Origin: Candidatus Latescibacterota bacterium
Lineage (GTDB): Bacteria > Latescibacterota > UBA2968 > UBA8231
Direction of reading: 5' to 3'
Assembly (NCBI GenBank): GCA_965203355.1
Contig: OZ241889.1
Span: 3,520,001-3,584,000 of the forward strand
DNA: 64,000 bases
The translations under genes were made by a program, and so were the position numbers. Below are positions 47,038 to 57,457 of the stretch, one piece after another. The notes below the pieces were generated by a model, which saw only the letters and a program-made list of their open reading frames with translations, was not told the origin of the DNA and did not search any database. Position 1 is the first letter of the stretch. The number at the start of each line of letters is the position of its first letter.

Positions 47038-49476
47038 TCAAAAATCCCGCAGTGCCACCGGCCAGACCTCGGCCGCAATCGGCGGGCGCGGATGAGCAGC
47101 CGAAGGAGCGGCGCCCCAATAGCGTGCGCCAATAAAGCTAAAGGCCGCATACCACAGCAACGCAACCAAAAGCAGCGCAACCAACGGCCAACGGCCAGCG
47201 GCGGACGGACGGCTTACCTCCGCGCCTGAAGGCGCCCGGCGACTGCCCAACAAGAGTGCCACACCCACCCCCGCATACGCGGCCGCGCCGACCACCAGCG
47301 ATGCGCGCGCACCCAACTCCATGCCCAAAGCTACGGCTCCGACCGAGCCGAGTACCGAAAAGAAGCCGTTGACAGCCCACAACCAAGGAACGATCCCCGC
47401 GCATTGCGAACCACCCAAGCGCAGGCCGGCCGGGAAACAAGTGCCCAGCAACATGCCGAGCGGCGCGACGAGAGCCAGCGTCAACCCGACCCGCCCAGCC
47501 AGCGGCCACGCCAACGCCCCAGCGAGTACCCCATCGAGCAAGAACCCATAGAGATAGACGACGAGGCCGACCCCCACGCCGACCCAGCCCAACCCCCGAG
47601 GATGCGCGAGCGGGCGGCACCACCCACCCGCGAGGCTCCCCACGCCAGTGCCCAACAACAGCCCGAAGAGCGCCACGGCCAGCGTCAAGGTCGGATAGCC
47701 AAGAAACAGGCTAAAGCGCTGCAAAAGATGGATCTCGACCATCATAAAGCCAGTGCCCAATCCAGCGGCGAACAACGCCCACAGCAGCGGCGGCAGCCCA
47801 GACGCGCTCCGCACGCGCATACTCGGCACCCCAAGCGGCAAAAACATCACCAGCGCACACGCCAACAACGCGCCAATCAACAGCCGGTTCAGCTTGGGAT
47901 CCAGCCCGCGAGTCGCGTCGTAAAAGAAGGGCCGGTCGTCGGTCGTCGGCGAAATGTCGAGCGCGGATGCGGCGACAAAGTCCGCGATGGTAGCGCCGCG
48001 CAACGCCGCCAGCGCAGGTCGCTCATTCCTGCCGGGCGAGAAATACGCTTCTAAACCCAACTCCTCCATCGCTGCGTGTAGGCGCGCCAACTGCCCGGCC
48101 GTATAGGGCTGCTGCTGCACCAGCAACAAGGGGCGGTGCGCTTCTTGTCGCGCTGGATCGCCGCGCGTACCGTTGACGACGACGAGGTGGTCGAGGACCG
48201 CACTTGGCGCGTGGCCGCGCTCTTCCCACAGGGCGCCTAAGGTAGCGACGACGCGCAACATCAGCGCGTGATTGTGCACGACGAGCGCCAAGCGCCCTCC
48301 CTCGGCGAGGTGATCGAGATAAGCGGCAAACGCCTCGCGGGTGAACAGGTAGTTCTCGGAGAGCGCATACCCGACCAAATCGGCCGCTTCGGCATACACC
48401 AAGGGCAGGGCGATAAGATCGTAACGCGCGCGAGAACGCTCCAAGTAGTTGCGGCCATCGCCGATGTGCAACTCCACGCCCTCCAAGTCGTACAAATGAC
48501 CGTTGTATTCTCCATAGGAGCGGACCAGGGCGGCAATCGCTGGATTGATCTCTACGGCTTCGATATGCCGCCAGCCGGTCATCAGCGCGTACAGCACGTC
48601 AGCCCCACCGCCCGGGCCGATAATCAGGGCGCGGGCGCGGCGCGAAAAGTAATAGGGGAAAAACGCGGCCTCGCGGCGCACGAAAAACAGCCGCCGATAA
48701 TCCCCGGGGAAGCGAAACATGTAAGATCCGGCCCCGCCATCTACGTACAAGTTCAGGCCCGTGTCGCCCGTGCGATCGACTAAATCGGTGCACGCGTAGG
48801 CACTCCAGCGCGTGGCTTGCACGGTCCCGCGATGATGCGCCGCCGCCAAGGCGCGGAACATCGGCTTGTCGGCCGCCTCGGCCAAGGCATTGAGATCGAT
48901 GAGTTCGCCGGGTTGGCTGCCATAGACGACCAGGCCGGCCGCTAAAACAAGGGGCCCGGCCCAGGCCCAGCGGGCCAAAAAGAAAGCCGCGGCCACCAGC
49001 GCAAAGACGCTTGCGCCCAATAGGACCCCAACGCCGCCCAGCCATTCGAGGGCCGGCACGGCGTACAGGATCCCGCAAGCGGCCCCCACCAAGTCCCAAA
49101 AGTAGAGCATGGAGCTCTGTTGGTAACGCGCCCGGAAAGCAACGGCCAGGAAGGCCCCAGCGGCTAGGAAGGGGAGGCCGGCGATGCCCAGCAGCAGCAG
49201 CAGCACCATGCGAGGGAATTGCGCTACGGCCAACGCACCGCCGATCATGCTGACGCCGCAGCCGACCGCCCAATGGCCCAAGTGCTCTTCCCGCACCCGC
49301 AGCACCGCACTCAGCCCAGCCCCCAGCCCCAAGCCGCACACCGCTCCTGAGACCACGAGAAACGTGTAGTGATAGTGCTGCAAAAAGGAGAACAGCCGGA
49401 CGAGACCGATTTCATAGCCGACGACCGCGGCCGCCACCAACCCCACGCCGAGTTGAAGCCGCCGCTCAGCGCTCAC
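47038..49476 (-). CDS. Membrane protein with a central spermidine-synthase-like SAM-binding domain
   Basis: TM blocks flank ALIIGPGGG.D, AVEINP, GDGR, ENYLFT.EAF, TDDRPFF; WAVNGFFSV; GTG at 49476 overlaps the upstream gene. Confidence 0.82.
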   Translation of the reverse strand: MSAERRLQLGVGLVAAAVVGYEIGLVRLFSFLQHYHYTFLVVSGAVCGLGLGAGLSAVLRVREEHLGHWAVGCGVSMIGGALAVAQFPRMVLLLLLGIAGLPFLAAGAFLAVAFRARYQQSSMLYFWDLVGAACGILYAVPALEWLGGVGVLLGASVFALVAAAFFLARWAWAGPLVLAAGLVVYGSQPGELIDLNALAEAADKPMFRALAAAHHRGTVQATRWSAYACTDLVDRTGDTGLNLYVDGGAGSYMFRFPGDYRRLFFVRREAAFFPYYFSRRARALIIGPGGGADVLYALMTGWRHIEAVEINPAIAALVRSYGEYNGHLYDLEGVELHIGDGRNYLERSRARYDLIALPLVYAEAADLVGYALSENYLFTREAFAAYLDHLAEGGRLALVVHNHALMLRVVATLGALWEERGHAPSAVLDHLVVVNGTRGDPARQEAHRPLLLVQQQPYTAGQLARLHAAMEELGLEAYFSPGRNERPALAALRGATIADFVAASALDISPTTDDRPFFYDATRGLDPKLNRLLIGALLACALVMFLPLGVPSMRVRSASGLPPLLWALFAAGLGTGFMMVEIHLLQRFSLFLGYPTLTLAVALFGLLLGTGVGSLAGGWCRPLAHPRGLGWVGVGVGLVVYLYGFLLDGVLAGALAWPLAGRVGLTLALVAPLGMLLGTCFPAGLRLGGSQCAGIVPWLWAVNGFFSVLGSVGAVALGMELGARASLVVGAAAYAGVGVALLLGSRRAPSGAEVSRPSAAGRWPLVALLLVALLWYAAFSFIGARYWGAAPSAAHPRPPIAAEVWPVALRDF

Positions 49477-52400
49477 CGTGAGCCTCGCGCTGACGCAGCT
49501 GGGCGAGCATCTGCCGCGCCTTGCTGTGTTCGGGATCGGCTTCGACTGCGCGCGTAAACGCCGCCACCGCTTGCTCCTGCTCACCGGCCAACAGGTACGC
49601 GTTGCCCAAGTTGTAGTGGGCGCGGGCGTAGTGGGGATCGCGGCGCAACACCTCTCGGTACGCCGCAATGGCCAACCCCAATGCGCGGCCGCGGAGATAG
49701 ATGTTGCCCAAATTGTTGCGGGCGTCGAGATGATCCGGCGCCACGGCCAAGGCCGCTTGGTACGCTTGACTAGCGGCCTCGTGGCGGCCAATCCGCGCAT
49801 AGACCGCACCCAGCTTGTAATACGCGGCCGCATCGTTGGGATTGAGCACTACGGCCGTTTTGTGAGCCAGCAACTTTTCATGCTCCTGCTGCAAGGCGTG
49901 GAAATAGTCGAGCAGTTTGCGGCCGCGCACCTCCTCACCGCGCCGCAACAGGGCCTGACCCAAGTGGTAGTACACTTCCGCGCGATCTGGATCCGCCGCT
50001 AAGGCCCGCTGCAACAGGGGGATGGCCGCGGCGTCTTCGCCCTCCTGCAAAAGCAGGATCCCCAGCCGACCCAAAAGCGCGGCACTATTCGGGGCGTGTT
50101 CCAACCCCTGCTGCAAAGCGGTGCGCGCGGCAGCCGCTTCCTCGCGCGCCATCCAGATCTGCGCCGTCAGTTCGCGGGCCTCAGTACGCGCTGGCTGCAC
50201 TTGTACCACCCCATCGAGTTGGGCGAGCGCGTCTTCGTATTGCGCTTGGACAAAATAGATCCGCGCCAGTTGCAGCATGAGCTCAACTTCCCCGGGCAAA
50301 GCGGCGAGCCCCCGCCGCAAAACAGCGATGGCCAAGCCATAGTCCGTCTGCCGGGCGTGCAAGCCAGCCAAGTTGAAATAGGCTTGGAGATAACGCGGCT
50401 GCCGCGCAATGGCCCGCTCGTAGCGTGGCACGGCCGCGGCCAAACGCTGTTGGCTAAGGTGGATGTTGCCCAGCACGTAGTGCGGCTCGGCCAAGGTGCT
50501 GTCGAGCGAGATCGCTTGGCTCAGCGCGGTGACGGCTCGTTCTAGCGCCCCGCGATCGGCGTAGAGCTTCCCCAAGCCCACGTAGGCTTGGGCGGCGCCC
50601 GCGTCGAGTTGCAAGGCGCGGCCATAAGCCGCCTCGGCCTCGTCGTACGCACGCTCGCGCACCAGCCCGGCCGCCAGTTCAATGTGGACATCGGCGCCGG
50701 CCGGGCGGGCACGCGCGGCGGCGCGCAACTCGGACAGCGGGGCGGCGGGCGGCCGCGCTATCCGCGTCTTTTCCGGCAGGACCAAAGGCGCTTGCCGCCA
50801 GAATTGCTCCAGATGCTCGGCCGGGCGGCCTTGGGGCGCGGCCACCGCGACCGCCGCGTCAGCCGCCGGGCGCGGTGCGCTCACCTCCGGCTCGACGACC
50901 CGCAGCACCTGCCCGGCCCTCACCTCCGTCAAAACTTGGCGAATGCCCGATGGCCACGCGATCGCCACCTGCTCGGCCTCCTCACTCGACCCCAACCCAA
51001 AAAACAGGCGCGCGTCGTTTTGCGACAAATAGCTCGCCGCACTGCGCTTTTCCTGCACCAGCGTCCGGCCATGGACGCGCACCATCACGCGCGCACCGTA
51101 CCCATCGCGGTTGCTCGTCCGCCCGGCTAGCATGAGCGCTAGGTAATGCCCGGCTTGGGTGTCGTTGCGCCAAAGCAGGGCGCGCTGCCCGGTGTTGAGC
51201 AAAAAAATATCCAAGTCGCCGTCGTTGTCGTAATCGGCCACGGCCGAGCCGCGCCCGACCAAATCCCGCGTCGGCGCGGCCACGCCAGCCGCCTTACTCA
51301 CCTCGGTAAAGCGGCCGCGACCATCGTTGAGATACAACTGATCAGGCTGGCCGTACGCGGCCTGCGGGTCAAATTGGTCGATGTCTTCGTCGATGTGGCC
51401 ATTCGCCACGTAGAGATCCGGGTCGCCGTCGTTGTCCGCGTCGAGGAAGCTGATGCCAAAGGCCAGCTTGTCCAAGCTGTTGGCCGCTAGGCCTGCGGCC
51501 AGCGATTCGTCGGCAAACATCCCGCCGCCCGCGTTGTGGTACAGGGTGTTACTTTCCCATTGGAAATTGGTCATCGCCAAGTCGAGGCGGCCATCGCCGT
51601 CGCCATCGGCCACATCCACGCCCATCGTTCCCTCGGGCTTGCCGCCGCTGTTGTACGCCACGCCGGCCACCAACCCCACTTCGGCAAAATGGCCGCCATC
51701 GTTGCGCCAGAGAAAATTGGGCGTGGCGTCGTTGCCTTGAAACAAATCCGGATCGCCGTCGAGATCGCAGTCGAAAAACACAGCACCCAACTCGCGGCCT
51801 TCGCGCGTGAGCAGCCCGGCCGCTTGGGTAACATCCACAAAGCGGCCGCCATCGTTGCGCCAGAGCACATTCCGCTCCCCCGGGTATTCAGTGGGGGCCA
51901 AGTGCCGCCGCGGCCAGCGCAGGGTTCCGCCCGCACTCAACTCGCCGCGCTCAAACTCGTAGCGTAGATAATTCGCCACGTACAGGTCTAAGTCGCCGTC
52001 GAGATCCCAATCGACAAACGACGATCCAGTCGACCACCGCTCGTCCGCTCCAATCCCCACCGCCGCCGTCACATCCGCAAAAGCCCAAGCCCGCGCCAGC
52101 CCTTCGTTGCGATAGAGTCGGTTGCGGCCAAAGTTGGCGACGAAGAGGTCGGCATCGCCGTCGTTGTCGTAGTCCCCGGCCGACGCGCCCATGCCGTAGC
52201 CCGCGTCCGCCACCCCGAGGCTGGCGCCGCGCTCGGCAAAGTGCCCGCGGTCGTTGCGATACAGCGCGTTTTGCGGCGGCACCGCCGAGACGTAGCCGGG
52301 CAAATCCGCCCCGTTCACCACGTACAAATCCATCCACCCGTCGCGGTTGTAATCGAAAAACGCCGCGCCCGAACCAATCGTCTCCACCCCGTATTTGCGC

Positions 52401-52543
52401 CCGGAACGGCCGCTAGTATGCACAAAATCGATTCCTGCTTCCGCGGTCGCATCGACAAAGCGCACGGCAGGCGGCGGCGGATCGCTCGCGGTACAGCCGC
52501 AGACCAAGGCGACAATGTACGTCAAAATCCTGCGTGGGATCAT
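49466..52543 (-). CDS. CRTAC1/ASPIC-UnbV + C-terminal TPR fusion, probable lipoprotein
   Basis: VCGC lipobox-like motif, FG-GAP-like repeats, SYLSQND.RLFFGLG, then an extended TPR array. Confidence 0.9.
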   Translation of the reverse strand: MIPRRILTYIVALVCGCTASDPPPPAVRFVDATAEAGIDFVHTSGRSGRKYGVETIGSGAAFFDYNRDGWMDLYVVNGADLPGYVSAVPPQNALYRNDRGHFAERGASLGVADAGYGMGASAGDYDNDGDADLFVANFGRNRLYRNEGLARAWAFADVTAAVGIGADERWSTGSSFVDWDLDGDLDLYVANYLRYEFERGELSAGGTLRWPRRHLAPTEYPGERNVLWRNDGGRFVDVTQAAGLLTREGRELGAVFFDCDLDGDPDLFQGNDATPNFLWRNDGGHFAEVGLVAGVAYNSGGKPEGTMGVDVADGDGDGRLDLAMTNFQWESNTLYHNAGGGMFADESLAAGLAANSLDKLAFGISFLDADNDGDPDLYVANGHIDEDIDQFDPQAAYGQPDQLYLNDGRGRFTEVSKAAGVAAPTRDLVGRGSAVADYDNDGDLDIFLLNTGQRALLWRNDTQAGHYLALMLAGRTSNRDGYGARVMVRVHGRTLVQEKRSAASYLSQNDARLFFGLGSSEEAEQVAIAWPSGIRQVLTEVRAGQVLRVVEPEVSAPRPAADAAVAVAAPQGRPAEHLEQFWRQAPLVLPEKTRIARPPAAPLSELRAAARARPAGADVHIELAAGLVRERAYDEAEAAYGRALQLDAGAAQAYVGLGKLYADRGALERAVTALSQAISLDSTLAEPHYVLGNIHLSQQRLAAAVPRYERAIARQPRYLQAYFNLAGLHARQTDYGLAIAVLRRGLAALPGEVELMLQLARIYFVQAQYEDALAQLDGVVQVQPARTEARELTAQIWMAREEAAAARTALQQGLEHAPNSAALLGRLGILLLQEGEDAAAIPLLQRALAADPDRAEVYYHLGQALLRRGEEVRGRKLLDYFHALQQEHEKLLAHKTAVVLNPNDAAAYYKLGAVYARIGRHEAASQAYQAALAVAPDHLDARNNLGNIYLRGRALGLAIAAYREVLRRDPHYARAHYNLGNAYLLAGEQEQAVAAFTRAVEADPEHSKARQMLAQLRQREAHGER

Positions 52544-52655
52544 TTGGGTTGATGCAGAATCACTTCCTGCCCACAATACCATAATAGCACTTCGCAAATG
52601 TACACCGCGCTATATATTAGAGTTAGAAATAATAATTACCACATAGGAGGCCTTC

Positions 52656-54281
52656 TTGCTGCATCGTTTTCTCGCGTCGTTCCCCATGCTACTGCTCGCC
52701 TGTACCGACCCTGAACCGCCGCCCAACCCAGACGTGCTCGCCCGCGTCGGTAGCGTTGCCATCGAGCGCGACCGCGTCGAGCGCGCGGCCGGGCGGCTCT
52801 TTCCCAAAAACGCCCCGGGCGACCTGCAACGCCAAGCCCTTGAACGACTCGTCGATATGGAGGTCTTGCTGTTGGCCGCCCGCCAAGCCGGGCTGGAAAA
52901 CGACTTCCAAGTCAGCAGCACAGTCGCGCAACGGCAACAAGAACTCATTCTCGAAGAAATGTACCGTCGCGGCGTGGTCTCTATCGCCGAGGACATAAGC
53001 CGCGCCGAGGCGCGCCAGTACTTTGAGCAGCACCGCATCGGCCAGCAGCGCCGCCTGAGCCGCATTCTCGCCCGAGGGCCAGCCGCCATCGACCAGGTCC
53101 TCGCCCGGCTGCGCGGCCCAGACAGCTTTGCCACGGTGGCGAGCGAACTCTCCGACGATGGCAACACCGCCCAGCAAGGCGGCGACCTCGGCTGGAAGAG
53201 CCGCCTCGATTTCAAAAACTACGTGCTGCGCCGCCAGATATTCGCCGCCAAACCGGGCGAGACCATCGGTCCCGTGCAGGAGCCAGACGGCTTCTCGGTT
53301 TTCGCGGTCACGGACGAGCGCGAAGTGCCCTTCGCGGAGATGGCCCCGGCCGTCATCGCGGCCATGCAGGAGCAAAAGCACGCCATCGCCACCTTTGAAT
53401 TCCTCGAAGGGCTGGCCAATCGCGCCGACATCGCGGAACGGCGCGAGACCTTCGACTTGCTCTTGGCCCGGCTCAGCGCGGCCGGCGAACAAATGCCCGC
53501 GTTCAAAAAGGGGGAGACCGAGCTAGTCCTGCTCGAACTCGATGGCCAGCCGTGGACGCTGAACAACTTCATGGCGGCCATGACCAGCGAGCGCAACCCG
53601 GCCGAGATCCGCGAATTGGACGACTTGCGCCGCTTCGCCCGGCGCCTCTACGCGCTCAAGGTCCTGCTGCCTCGCCACGCCCGCGAAATAGGCATCCACG
53701 AGGCCGAGCGCGTCGCCCAAGGCATTGAAGCCAAACGCCGCCAAGCACTTATCGAGCGCATCCGCCAAGTCAGGGTGCTCGAAACGCTCAACCCGACCCA
53801 AGACGAAATTCGCGCGTACTACGAGGCAAACAAAAACCTCTACGTGCGGGCGGAGCGGATCTCGATTCTCGAAATCCTCGTCGATACCCGCACCCAGGCG
53901 GACTCGCTGTTGGCCGCCATTGAACGCGGCGGCGACCTCGGCGAGCTCGCCCGGCGCTACTCGCGGCGCAGCACCCGCATCCGTCGCGCCGAAGGGCGCA
54001 TTCAGCTTTTGCGCCCGGACAAGTACGGCAATTTAGGTTGGGAAGCCAAAGACGCCGAGGTCGGCCAGATCGTCGGCCCGGTCAAGACCGCCCAGGGCTT
54101 TACGGTCTTCAAGGTGCTCGACAAGGTGCCCGGGTACCAACAGAGCTTAGACGAGGTATGGGGCCGCGTACGCGCCCACTTGATCCAAGACCTGACCCAA
54201 TCGCGCTTCGATGCGTTGCTAGTCCAGCTCAAAGATCAGTACTCCGACCAGATCCACATCTACGAGGATCGGCTGCGCTAA
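52656..54281 (+). CDS. PpiC/parvulin-type peptidyl-prolyl isomerase lipoprotein (two rotamase domains)
   Basis: AGGAGG RBS before TTG; LLAC lipobox; FATVASELSDD....GGDLGW; LARRYS, GQIVGPVKT..GF. Confidence 0.85.
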   Translation: MLHRFLASFPMLLLACTDPEPPPNPDVLARVGSVAIERDRVERAAGRLFPKNAPGDLQRQALERLVDMEVLLLAARQAGLENDFQVSSTVAQRQQELILEEMYRRGVVSIAEDISRAEARQYFEQHRIGQQRRLSRILARGPAAIDQVLARLRGPDSFATVASELSDDGNTAQQGGDLGWKSRLDFKNYVLRRQIFAAKPGETIGPVQEPDGFSVFAVTDEREVPFAEMAPAVIAAMQEQKHAIATFEFLEGLANRADIAERRETFDLLLARLSAAGEQMPAFKKGETELVLLELDGQPWTLNNFMAAMTSERNPAEIRELDDLRRFARRLYALKVLLPRHAREIGIHEAERVAQGIEAKRRQALIERIRQVRVLETLNPTQDEIRAYYEANKNLYVRAERISILEILVDTRTQADSLLAAIERGGDLGELARRYSRRSTRIRRAEGRIQLLRPDKYGNLGWEAKDAEVGQIVGPVKTAQGFTVFKVLDKVPGYQQSLDEVWGRVRAHLIQDLTQSRFDALLVQLKDQYSDQIHIYEDRLR

Positions 54282-54300
54282 GGGCGGGCGGGACGCTGAT

Positions 54301-54792
54301 TCAACGGTAGAGATCGCCCCCGCCAAACCGCATCTTCCCCTTTGAAGCATCCGCGAAGTACTGCTCTACTTTCTCCCGCGAGCGCGGAAAGTACCGATTC
54401 AACTCTTCCACCACCGCTTGCACTTTCTCGGCGTTCTCGCCCATATCCAGCAAGAGTCGCGCGTACAAAAAGAGCAACTGCAAGTTGCGCCGGTCCACGG
54501 CCAGCGCCTTCTCCAGATGCGCCCGGGCCTCGGCCAATCGTCCCGCTTCGGCTAGGGCAGTCCCCATCAGCAGATTGGCTTCGGCTCCGGCTGGGTACAG
54601 CGTCAGCAGCACCTGCGCTAGCGCTTGCAAGGACGTGCCTTTGAGCTGGGGCTGCCCTCGGGCGTGTGTGCGTTCCAAAAGGTGCCCGTACTCGGTCGTG
54701 CGCTGTTGTTCAAGCAAGGCTAGGACCCCACCGACCGCCGCGACGCCCAAGAGCAATTTAAGCGAGTGCCAGTATCGCATTTGGCGGTCCAC
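54301..54792 (-). CDS. Small membrane-anchored TPR protein
   Basis: N-terminal hydrophobic helix and 1-2 TPR-like units; in line with its neighbours. Confidence 0.6.
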   Translation of the reverse strand: MDRQMRYWHSLKLLLGVAAVGGVLALLEQQRTTEYGHLLERTHARGQPQLKGTSLQALAQVLLTLYPAGAEANLLMGTALAEAGRLAEARAHLEKALAVDRRNLQLLFLYARLLLDMGENAEKVQAVVEELNRYFPRSREKVEQYFADASKGKMRFGGGDLYR

Positions 54793-54793
54793 T

Positions 54794-56404
54794 TCAACGC
54801 ACCAGGGTCATCCGCGCTAGATAGCGCATCCCCCCCATCTGCGCCGACACGAGATATACGCCGCTGGCCGCCGCACGCCCGGCCTCGTCGCGCCCATCCC
54901 ACGCGAGCTGATAGCTACCGGCCGGCCGGTAGCCCCGAAAGAGCCGCCGCACCGTCTGCCCCAAGATATTGAACACCTCGATATCGACTTCGCCCGCCGC
55001 TGGTAGCGCCACTGAAATCGCAGTGGAGGCGTTGAAAGGATTGGGAAAATTGAACACCCGCACGGCCATCGGTCGAGCCGCGGGCGCGGGAACCGGCATC
55101 ACGAGACCCGCCGCAGCGGCCAATTCCAATCCAGCCGGCGTCAGCCCGCTGGGCACGCGCGCTGGCACGTGAACCGCTATCGTCGAATCGGTCAGAGCGT
55201 GCATGAAGGCCAGCAGTGCGCGCTTCTCCTCAGCACTCAGGTTTAGCGGCACTAGTTCGGGATCGAGGTTCTCGGCCGGGATGGAGGCTTCGTCGCCGCC
55301 GCCGCGGTCGTAGAACTCAATAACATCCTCTAAGGTCGCCAGGGCCCCGTCGTGCATGTAGGGGGCCGTCTGCGCGATTTGGCGCAAACCTACCACGCGG
55401 AAAGCGCCGATGTCGCGGGGATTGCCCGAGTTGAGAAAGCGGCCTTCATCTCGGCCGGTGGGGCGCGGCGTCCCGGTATTCGTCGTCGCCGAGGCCCGGC
55501 CCGGCCCAATCTGCTCGACGCCTTGGGCGCGGAAACTCGAATCCGTAAACAGCGGGCCGCTGTGACAGTTGACGCAGCGCGCTTTGGTGTGGAACAGTTC
55601 AAGCCCGCGCTTTTGCACCGCCGTCAGCGCCGCGTCGTCGCCGGCCACGTAGCGGTCGTACGCGGTGTTGACCGTGTTTTGCTCGCGCTCAAACGCGGCA
55701 ATGGCCCGGCCAAAAGTCGAGCGCGTGATGACCGACTGCAAGGGCGTTGGATCGTGGGCGCAGCCGAGCCGCGGCAACTGCCGGGCCACGGAGTCGGCTT
55801 CGGCCGGGAAGGCCTGCTCGAAAAGCGCGACGTATTCGGGGATTTCCCGCAACCGCGTCAGCACGCTATCGACGGCCATCTCGCGCTCATAAGCGTCGCC
55901 GCGCAGCTCGACGCGCACGATGAGCGGCCGCAGCGCTTGGGCCTCCAGCCCGCGATCCTTGCCATCCCACAGCATGAAGCCTTTGGTCGAAGGCCGTCCA
56001 GACTCGTCGCCGTTGTAACCGACGTTAAAGAGGGTCATGGTGTGTCGCGGCTCGGTAATCACGGTATCGCCGGTGACAGCCGAACGCCCCGGCACCCGAT
56101 CGGGGCCCAAGCCCCGGCCCCCGACGCCCACCGCAAGAGGCAGCCCATCGGCCAAGCCAAAGGTCGGCAGGTGGCAGGTACCGCAGGCCGTGTCCTTTTC
56201 TCCGCTGAGAATGGGGTCGAAGAACAGCAAGCGGCCCAGCTCGACGCGCTCGGGGTTGTAGGGATTGTTTGCGGGGTAGGGCACTGGCGGCACCGGCTGA
56301 AGGCCGAAACGCCGCCGCAGGTCGTCTTCCTGCCCCGGGGCGCCGATGGCGCTGGCGAGCAAGGTCAGCAGCGCAGCGCTGGCTAGATATCTCCGTTTGT
56401 TCAT
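54794..56404 (-). CDS. Di-haem cytochrome c peroxidase (MauG/BthA-type) with C-terminal FlgD-Ig-like domain
   Basis: LGRLLFFDP.LS, CGTCH, WDG, CVNCH, TAPYMHDG; C-terminal NFPNPFN...WDGRD..GR..ASGVY. Confidence 0.88.
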   Translation of the reverse strand: MNKRRYLASAALLTLLASAIGAPGQEDDLRRRFGLQPVPPVPYPANNPYNPERVELGRLLFFDPILSGEKDTACGTCHLPTFGLADGLPLAVGVGGRGLGPDRVPGRSAVTGDTVITEPRHTMTLFNVGYNGDESGRPSTKGFMLWDGKDRGLEAQALRPLIVRVELRGDAYEREMAVDSVLTRLREIPEYVALFEQAFPAEADSVARQLPRLGCAHDPTPLQSVITRSTFGRAIAAFEREQNTVNTAYDRYVAGDDAALTAVQKRGLELFHTKARCVNCHSGPLFTDSSFRAQGVEQIGPGRASATTNTGTPRPTGRDEGRFLNSGNPRDIGAFRVVGLRQIAQTAPYMHDGALATLEDVIEFYDRGGGDEASIPAENLDPELVPLNLSAEEKRALLAFMHALTDSTIAVHVPARVPSGLTPAGLELAAAAGLVMPVPAPAARPMAVRVFNFPNPFNASTAISVALPAAGEVDIEVFNILGQTVRRLFRGYRPAGSYQLAWDGRDEAGRAAASGVYLVSAQMGGMRYLARMTLVR

Positions 56405-57291
56405 GGTCCCTCCCCCAGCCGAACGCTCTTTATCGCGCCCCAGGTCTCGCGGCGCAGCCCGGTGCCTAGGTCGGCATTAGCGGCGCAGCGGAACCCCACG
56501 TCCGGTCCTTTGAAATCGGGTGCATCCCGCGCGCGATAGGTGGGCCGCACGTGACTGGCATCCACCGCATACGAGCCGCCGCGCACCGCCTTGACGACGC
56601 CTTGGTCCGGCCCTTGGGGATTGATGGCTGGGCCAACGACGTAGTAACTCGGATGGTACCAGTCGTTGGTCCATTCGAAGACATTGCCCACCATGTCGTG
56701 GGCGCCAAAGGGGCTGGACCCGTCTCGCGTTTGGTAGCCATCTCTATTGGAACCGTCGAAAAAGCCGACCGGGTTCGTGCCGAGGATGGTCCCGAAGCCG
56801 CGCTCAAATGGATCGTTGCTCTGGAAGTAATTGGCGCGAAAGGCATCCAAGCCATCGCCCCAAGGATACTTGCGGCCATCGTCGCAGCGCGCGGCGCGCT
56901 CCCATTCGGCCTCGGTCGGCAATCGCTTGCCAGCCCACTGGCAAAATCCCACAGCGTCGTACCACGTCACCAGCGTAATGGGATGGTTTTGCCGCGCCGC
57001 CGTATTCTGCAAGGTCCACTCCGGTAGCATCGCACCGGTGTCGCGCTGGTACTCTCCCCATTCCGCCACCGTGACCTCGTATTTGTCAATCAGGTACGCG
57101 TCGAGGTAAATCTCGCGCACGGGCTGCTCGTCAAAGGCTTCGCCTTCCATGCCCCGGGGAAAAAACCCGGCGGGCACTAGGACCATGGCGGTGGCCCAAC
57201 CCGTGGGCAGCGGGATGCTCCGCTCGACTTTCTCGTGTTGGGCGCAGACCGGCAGGGCAATCAGCGCACAGAGGGCAATTCGACCGATCAT
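56401..57291 (-). CDS. Secreted FGE-sulfatase-fold protein with C-terminal TWGAIK motif
   Basis: GGAG RBS and signal peptide; YEVT, KRLPTEAEWE.AAR, DMVGNVFEW, RGGS, GFRC; ends ETWGAIKS. Confidence 0.88.
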   Translation of the reverse strand: MIGRIALCALIALPVCAQHEKVERSIPLPTGWATAMVLVPAGFFPRGMEGEAFDEQPVREIYLDAYLIDKYEVTVAEWGEYQRDTGAMLPEWTLQNTAARQNHPITLVTWYDAVGFCQWAGKRLPTEAEWERAARCDDGRKYPWGDGLDAFRANYFQSNDPFERGFGTILGTNPVGFFDGSNRDGYQTRDGSSPFGAHDMVGNVFEWTNDWYHPSYYVVGPAINPQGPDQGVVKAVRGGSYAVDASHVRPTYRARDAPDFKGPDVGFRCAANADLGTGLRRETWGAIKSVRLGEGP

Positions 57292-57457
57292 AGGCACATT
57301 CTCCAGCAAGGACTTGGTTTGGACTATGGCTCTTGTAAGATATAAACAGAGTAAAAATTCCGCTTCTAGCCTACCCACAGCCTATGGGCCTTGTTTTGCC
57401 GCGCAGGTATTATTAGCCTATCTCCCCTCTGCGGCCCGTGCGCGAAAGTAGGTATTT

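Noticed and set aside
16020-57291. Diversity-generating retroelement targeting the two FGE/CLec-fold genes
   Set aside because: No reverse transcriptase, and no template repeat differing only at adenines was seen in the window.
56401-57291. True formylglycine-generating enzyme
   Set aside because: It lacks the catalytic Cys pair after RGGS; the 16020-16727 paralogue has only one Cys there.
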